Assembly (NCBI GenBank): GCA_963666365.2
Contig: CAXXNF010000002.1
Location: 1,632,001 to 1,696,000, forward strand
Reading direction: 5' to 3'
Source of the DNA: Syntrophales bacterium
GTDB lineage: Bacteria > Desulfobacterota > Syntrophia > Syntrophales > UBA2210
DNA length: 64,000 bases
The position numbers and the translations under genes were made by a program. The notes under the pieces were generated by a model that saw nothing but the letters and a program-made list of their open reading frames with translations, was not told the origin of the DNA and did not search any database. Shown in pieces: positions 58,647 through 64,000 of this stretch. Every line of letters begins with the position of its first letter. The first letter of the stretch is position 1.

Positions 58647-59201
58647 TTAGGCTGCTTTTGCTGTTTTCAACTCATCGTAGGCTCTGTTCATCGCCTTGAT
58701 GTTTCTCGGAGCCAGTCGACCGAACCGTTCCTGCAGAGGGGCCTCGGCTGACGTCATTTTCACCAGCTTCGTCGCCTTCATCACCGCACCAAGCATCGTC
58801 GTGTTCGTAATGGGTACGCCCAACTCCTCCCGGGCGATTTTTGCCGCGTCCACCGTTGCCACCGTTCCCGGAAAATTCATTTCCTTTTTTATCTCTTCCG
58901 GAGATTTGGTTGTGTTGACAATCAGAATGCCGTCTTCTCTGAGACCTTCGACCACATTCACCAGACCAACCAGGCTCGGATCAAGCACCACGACCACATC
59001 CGGCTGATAGATCCCAGATCTCACCTTAATACGTTTGTTGTCGATCCGATTGAAGGCAACCACCGGCGCACCCCGCCGTTCGGGACCGAAACTGGGGAAA
59101 CCCTGTGCGAATTTGCCCTCCTCAATAGCCGCCAGCGCCAGCATCTCCACCGATGTGACCGCGCCCTGACCGCCTCGTCCGTGCCATCGTATTTCAACCA
59201 T
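58647..59201 (-). CDS. porC: Pyruvate/2-oxoacid:ferredoxin oxidoreductase gamma subunit
   Basis: EIRWHGRGGQG, FGPERRGAP, NTTMLGA. Confidence 0.93.
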   Translation of the reverse strand: MVEIRWHGRGGQGAVTSVEMLALAAIEEGKFAQGFPSFGPERRGAPVVAFNRIDNKRIKVRSGIYQPDVVVVLDPSLVGLVNVVEGLREDGILIVNTTKSPEEIKKEMNFPGTVATVDAAKIAREELGVPITNTTMLGAVMKATKLVKMTSAEAPLQERFGRLAPRNIKAMNRAYDELKTAKAA

Positions 59202-59343
59202 AAAGAAATCTCCCTGGACAGTTTTAAAGGGGTTTCTATATATTACTCGTCTGTTTTTTGTCAATATGTCTTTTTAAAAATTCGTCAAAAAATAACTGCT
59301 GAACGGTTTTTTCTTCTCCATCCCCTGCGGCAAGGAGACTTCA

Positions 59344-59901
59344 CTACAGGCGCTCGTTTCCGGTCATGACCGCGTCATAGAGGTCGCGTCCTTCGGCGTC
59401 ATTAATTACAATAAGGGGAAAATCGATAATATCCAGCCTCCTGATCGCCTCGGTTCCCAAATCCTCGTAGGCGATCACCTCGGCGGCGGTGATACATTGA
59501 GACAGCAGTGCCGCAATGCCTCCCATGGCGCCGAAGTAGACGGCCCGATGCTGACGAATCGATTCTCTTACTGCAGCGGACCGTTTCCCCTTGCCGATCA
59601 TCCCCTTCAGGCCGGCCTCCAGCAGAATCGGGGTATAGGCATCCATCCGACCCGACGTAGTGGGCCCTACCGACCCGATCACCCGCGTAGGCGGCGCCGG
59701 CGTGGGGCCGGCATAGAATATGATTTCTCCCTTAAGAGGCACCGGCGGGTCATCTCCCTGATTGAGGGCTTCGCAGATTCTTCGGTGCGCCACATCGCGA
59801 GCCGTAATGACTGCGCCGCTTAAAAGGACCACATCGCCGGTTCGAAGTTCCCTGCAGATTTCGTCGGTCAGGGGCGTGTATATTCGGGACGCTTTCTTCA
59901 T
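59344..59901 (-). CDS. Fe-S fumarate hydratase/tartrate dehydratase beta subunit
   Basis: TARDVAH, GPTTSGRMD, MIGKG. Confidence 0.92.
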   Translation of the reverse strand: MKKASRIYTPLTDEICRELRTGDVVLLSGAVITARDVAHRRICEALNQGDDPPVPLKGEIIFYAGPTPAPPTRVIGSVGPTTSGRMDAYTPILLEAGLKGMIGKGKRSAAVRESIRQHRAVYFGAMGGIAALLSQCITAAEVIAYEDLGTEAIRRLDIIDFPLIVINDAEGRDLYDAVMTGNERL

Positions 59902-59902
59902 C

Positions 59903-60754
59903 TTATATAATCGCTTCCCTGTGCCGTGCCACATGACATTGAATGTTGACCGCCACGGGAAGGCTCGCAATGTGGCAGGGCGCCATCTCGACATGCACCG
60001 CCAGGGCCGTGGTTCTACCGCCGTACCCCTGAGGTCCGATTCCGAGGGCGTTTATTTCAGCCAGAAGTGTTTCCTCCAGTTCCGCCAGTCGCGGATCTTT
60101 AGCGTTTGGAAGACCCAGTGTCCGCGCGAGGGCCTTTTTTGCCAGGATGGCAGATGTTTCCATTGTGCCTCCGATTCCTACGCCCACGACGACTGGCGGG
60201 CAGGGATTGGGTCCTGCCTGCCTGACCGTTTCAATTACCTGTTGTAGTATTCCCTCGACCCCGTCGGAAGGCGTAAGCATTTTTACCGTGCTCATATTCT
60301 CGCTTCCGCCCCCTTTCGGCATGGCAACAATCCGGAGACGGTCGCCTTCAACAATTTCCGTGTGGATTACCGCCGGGACATTGTCCCCCGTGTTTTCCCT
60401 CGACAGAGGATCACAGACCGACATGCGCAGGTATCCGTCCCGATATGCCTCGCGCACCCCCTGATGAATCGCATCGTTCAGGGCGCCTCCCGTCAGATGG
60501 ACGTCCTGGCCGATTTGCACGAACAGCACGGCAAGGCCCGTGTCCTGACAGAGCGGCAACGATTCTTTTCGCGCCACCTCGACATTTTCGATGATCTTTT
60601 CGAGCGCCCAGCGCCCCAGATCGGAATCTTCAGAAAGGGACGCCTTGGTGAGGGCGCCGGTCACATCGTCGCCGAGCATCCTGCTTGCCTCCAGGAAGAG
60701 CTCACGCACCCTTTTGGTAACGACACTGACCGATATTTCGCGCACTGCACTCAT
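59903..60754 (-). CDS. Fe-S fumarate hydratase/tartrate dehydratase alpha subunit
   Basis: PLCQDTG, KGGGSEN, NPCPP, HIASLP. Confidence 0.92.
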   Translation of the reverse strand: MSAVREISVSVVTKRVRELFLEASRMLGDDVTGALTKASLSEDSDLGRWALEKIIENVEVARKESLPLCQDTGLAVLFVQIGQDVHLTGGALNDAIHQGVREAYRDGYLRMSVCDPLSRENTGDNVPAVIHTEIVEGDRLRIVAMPKGGGSENMSTVKMLTPSDGVEGILQQVIETVRQAGPNPCPPVVVGVGIGGTMETSAILAKKALARTLGLPNAKDPRLAELEETLLAEINALGIGPQGYGGRTTALAVHVEMAPCHIASLPVAVNIQCHVARHREAII

Positions 60755-60763
60755 GGCCTGACG

Positions 60764-61363
60764 TTACGCTCCCCGACGAAATTCAATGGCCTTTGCCATG
60801 GTCATCTTGTCTACATATTTCAGGCTGCCTCCCACGGGCACGCCCAAGGCGATTCGGGTAATTGAGAGGGGAAACCCCTCGAGCACCCTTTTAATAAGAA
60901 GGGCCGTCGATTCACCCTGCACGCTGGGATTGGTGGCGATGAACACCTCTTTGATGCCGTCTCCCTCAACCCGCCGCACCAGCTCGGCGAGTCGCAGCTG
61001 ATCGGGACCGATCCCCTCGGCTGGAGAAAGGACGCCGTGCAACACATGATAGGTTCCTCGAAACCCCCCGCTCTCTTCAATTGCGACAAGGGCATCGGTA
61101 TCCTCCACCACACAGATGATTCCCCTGTCTCTTGATGGGTCACTGCATATTTCACAGAGTTCTTTTTCCGTAAGGTTGAAACAGACAGGACAGAGTTTGA
61201 TTTTCTTCTTCACCTCCATCACGCTCTGGGCGAACCCGGCCATGTCGGTCTCGGAAGCCTGAAGTACGAAGGTGGCCAATCGCGCCGCCGTCTTTTCGCC
61301 GATGCCGGGAAACTTGGCAAATTCTGCAATCAGCCGACGAATAGGAAGTGGATAACCCGTCAT
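60764..61363 (-). CDS. recR: Recombination mediator RecR
   Basis: PGIGEKTAARL, C4 zinc finger, TOPRIM ATNP. Confidence 0.96.
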   Translation of the reverse strand: MTGYPLPIRRLIAEFAKFPGIGEKTAARLATFVLQASETDMAGFAQSVMEVKKKIKLCPVCFNLTEKELCEICSDPSRDRGIICVVEDTDALVAIEESGGFRGTYHVLHGVLSPAEGIGPDQLRLAELVRRVEGDGIKEVFIATNPSVQGESTALLIKRVLEGFPLSITRIALGVPVGGSLKYVDKMTMAKAIEFRRGA

Positions 61364-61370
61364 CGCGTTT

Positions 61371-61685
61371 CTACATCAACCCCGGAATATTAATGCCGCC
61401 GGTGAGTTTCGCCATTTCTTCCTGCGTCATTTCCTGAACCTTGCGGAGCCCTTCGTTGACCGCCGCCATCACGAGGTCCTGAAGCATGTCGATGTCGTCG
61501 GGATCAACCACATCCCGCTCGATACTCAGCGACACCACTTCATTCTTCCCGTTTACCACCGCCGTGACCATGCCGCCGCCCGAGGTGGCCTCAACGGTCT
61601 TGTTGGCAAGTTCCTCCTGGAGCTTCAGCATTTTTGACTGCATCTGCTGTGCCTGTTTCATAAGTTTTCCGAAATTCTGCACCAA
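61371..61685 (-). CDS. ybaB: YbaB/EbfC nucleoid-associated protein
   Basis: MKQAQQMQ, SGGGMV, LQDLVMAAVN; TTG start after AGGAGG. Confidence 0.93.
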   Translation of the reverse strand: MVQNFGKLMKQAQQMQSKMLKLQEELANKTVEATSGGGMVTAVVNGKNEVVSLSIERDVVDPDDIDMLQDLVMAAVNEGLRKVQEMTQEEMAKLTGGINIPGLM

Positions 61686-61745
61686 CGCATCTACCTCCTG
61701 ATTATTTGGCGCCCGTCGTCTGTCGACTCCCGCGACAGGCAATCC

Positions 61746-63479
61746 CTATTTCTGATCCTTGATTTTCACATCCTTTATTTCCGCACCTTCAAACGTATCC
61801 ATCACTTTTTGCACCAGGGGATGCCGCAGCGCGGTGCTTCGAATCTCATCTAGCGACCGCGCCTTTTCCGCTCCACCATTGAGCCCGTTGTAACTGCTCT
61901 CCTCGCTCACCTCGATTTTCACCTCCACCTCGACGCCGGCACACTCACTTATCACACGGTTCATCTGACTGAGGTGTTCTTCATCTCGTATGCTGTCAAG
62001 AAACACATGTCCCGGAGGAAAGCCGATTTTCAGATGCCCCTGATCAAACCCGATGAACTCGCCACAGGTCACTTTTGAACAGAGGATCGGATTTTCTCTC
62101 TTGAGGCGTTCTTTGAAATGTTCCCACTGGGCCTGCCCTGTTTTTTCCCGGGAAAGGTCATAGACTTCCCTCTTTTCCGGCGCGGTGCCTTTATCACGGG
62201 ATTCTTCATCTCCGCGAAGAGAGGAATCAGGCGCCTCTTTCGGCACGTGCGCTCTTTCGCCCTCCGCTATTTTCGCGTCGGAGGACCGGGAAGCGCCGGC
62301 GCCCCGCGAACGGGGGTGCGCTTCTCCCGTCAAAGTCAGTCGTTGTTCCAGTTCTTCCAGTCGCGACACCATTTCATCAATGGGTATCAGGGGTTCGAGA
62401 GAGGCCATCTTAACCAGCACATACTCGAAAAAAAGCCGCGGTTCTTCTGAACGCCGCATATCATCCTCACCGGCCATCAACATATCCAGCAGGCGTTGTA
62501 CCGTTTTCCCTGAAACGCCCTGAATCTGCTTCTTCAGCTCGGCCCGTTCCTCCTCAGCGAGATCGGCGAGCAGTCCCTCGTGATTCGACAGTGCGGCCAC
62601 CAGCAGATTCATAAAATGATGTGTGAAAAGTTGATAAAACTGCTTCAAATCAACGCCGGAGTAATACATCTCATCGACGAGGGCGAGACACTGCCCCGCT
62701 TTTCGTTCCAGCACCGCCTGTGCGAGCCCGCTCAGGTAGCGCCGATCTTTCAAGCCGAGCACCTCCTCGATATCCTCGTCGGCAATTTCGTAGCCGGCAT
62801 AGGATATGACCTGGTCGAAGAGGCTTTGGGCGTCCCGAAGACTCCCTTCACCTGCACGGGCGATCCAGGCAACGCCCCGTCCGCTGATGGATATTTTTTC
62901 TTCCTTTGCGATATGGGCGAGATTTCCGGCGATTTGCTCAAGTGAGATCCTCTTAAAATCGAAGTGCTGACAACGGGACAGAATGGTCGCCGGCACCTTG
63001 TGGATTTCGGTGGTTGCAAAGACAAACACCACATGGCGGGGCGGTTCTTCGAGGGTCTTGAGAAGGGCGTTAAAGGCCTCTTTCGTCAACATATGCACTT
63101 CATCGATAATGTATATTTTATAGGTCGAAGAGGCCGCGGAAAATTTTATGTTTTCTTTTAGCTCCCGGATTTCGTCGATGCCCCGGTTAGAGGCCCCGTC
63201 AATTTCACGTACATCCAGGGACGCGCTGTCCGTAATTGCCCTGCAATTCGCGCATTGATTGCAGGGTCTGTCGGTTGGACCTTCCTCACAGTTCAATGCC
63301 TTGGCAAGGATGCGCGCCACCGTTGTTTTGCCGGTGCCGCGGGGACCGCTGAAGAGGTAGGCGTGGGCGGTGCGATTCATGGCAATGGCATTGCGCAGTG
63401 TTTTTACGACGTGATCCTGTCCCACCACATCTTCAAAGACCTGGGGTCTCCATTTACGGGCCAGAACGAGGTATTCCAT
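61746..63479 (-). CDS. dnaX: DNA polymerase III gamma/tau
   Basis: LARKWRPQ, GPRGTGKTT, IDEVHML, ILSRCQ. Confidence 0.97.
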   Translation of the reverse strand: MEYLVLARKWRPQVFEDVVGQDHVVKTLRNAIAMNRTAHAYLFSGPRGTGKTTVARILAKALNCEEGPTDRPCNQCANCRAITDSASLDVREIDGASNRGIDEIRELKENIKFSAASSTYKIYIIDEVHMLTKEAFNALLKTLEEPPRHVVFVFATTEIHKVPATILSRCQHFDFKRISLEQIAGNLAHIAKEEKISISGRGVAWIARAGEGSLRDAQSLFDQVISYAGYEIADEDIEEVLGLKDRRYLSGLAQAVLERKAGQCLALVDEMYYSGVDLKQFYQLFTHHFMNLLVAALSNHEGLLADLAEEERAELKKQIQGVSGKTVQRLLDMLMAGEDDMRRSEEPRLFFEYVLVKMASLEPLIPIDEMVSRLEELEQRLTLTGEAHPRSRGAGASRSSDAKIAEGERAHVPKEAPDSSLRGDEESRDKGTAPEKREVYDLSREKTGQAQWEHFKERLKRENPILCSKVTCGEFIGFDQGHLKIGFPPGHVFLDSIRDEEHLSQMNRVISECAGVEVEVKIEVSEESSYNGLNGGAEKARSLDEIRSTALRHPLVQKVMDTFEGAEIKDVKIKDQK

Positions 63480-63538
63480 TAAAGACTCCCACGATTCGCA
63501 TCAATAGGGTAAAATATTCTGCAGCATGCTGCCGCATG

Positions 63539-63671
63539 GAGACCTTTGCAGAACCTCATAAAATTATAAATTTCGTCATACCGGCTAAGACCGGTATCCA
63601 GTTTTTTCAAGCACTTTCTGGATTCCGGGTCAAGCCCGGAATGACAGAAAAGGGAATTATGCAAAGGTCTC
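63539..63671. mobile_element. MITE with 12-bp terminal IRs (IS5-like ends) enclosing a GTCAT.CCGG...CCGGAATGAC REP
   Basis: GAGACCTTTGCA ... TGCAAAGGTCTC. Confidence 0.75.
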
Positions 63672-63681
63672 GCATAAAGAC

Positions 63682-63784
63682 TGACAGCCAGGTTACCCCG
63701 GAGCAAACGTCGAAATTGCTGCCGCTGCTTCCTTCCGGACCTGACGGGGTTCACAATACGCCGTTCCCCGGGACCTGGCTGTCA
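63682..63784 (-). ncRNA. ffs: Signal recognition particle RNA (4.5S)
   Basis: Domain IV CAGGTCCGGAAGGAAGCAGC, terminal stem TGACAGCCAGG/CCTGGCTGTCA, upstream of dnaX. Confidence 0.95.
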
Positions 63785-63803
63785 TTTCGCGCCTGAAATA
63801 AAA

Positions 63804-63898
<95 letters not shown>

Positions 63899-63945
63899 GT
63901 AGAATCTCTATAAGACCAGGCGCACCGGGCGCCTTTTTCATCAAA

Positions 63946-64000
63946 TGGCGGAGAGAGGGGGATTCGAACCCCCGTGAGGGCTTTTGGCCCCCAAGTCGAT
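63946..64000 (-). tRNA. tRNA-Ser, 3' part (anticodon outside the window)
   Basis: T-arm, long variable arm, same acceptor end TCTCTCCGCCA as the neighbouring tRNA-Ser. Confidence 0.85.

Overview
Chromosomal segment of an anaerobic bacterium, probably Desulfobacterota/Syntrophales-like (inferred from gene content). About 1-22 kb is catabolic and transport DNA: a sigma-54-controlled TRAP transporter, a MaoC hydratase with a CoA-transferase, a Liv-type ABC transporter, an OrpR-like/NifX cluster, csp and an RRM protein. About 22-53 kb is a decaying accessory region: Kef system, collapsed kinase pseudogenes, an integrase-less integron cassette array with three clear attC sites, a large secreted RHS protein, an IS91-type remnant, a C45 hydrolase and a stack of elements integrated at tRNA-Asn carrying RelBE, AbiE and a primase-helicase-PLD protein. 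About 53-64 kb is core DNA: SfrB-like oxidoreductase, porCDAB, split fumarase, recR-ybaB-dnaX, SRP RNA and two tRNA-Ser. The most unusual signals are (i) a small ORF-less palindromic element, present three times and always starting at G|TT, one copy of which sits exactly at the crossover point of an attC site, and (ii) a MaoC-family gene whose TGA looks like a selenocysteine codon. All assignments come from reading motifs by eye; no database searches were run.
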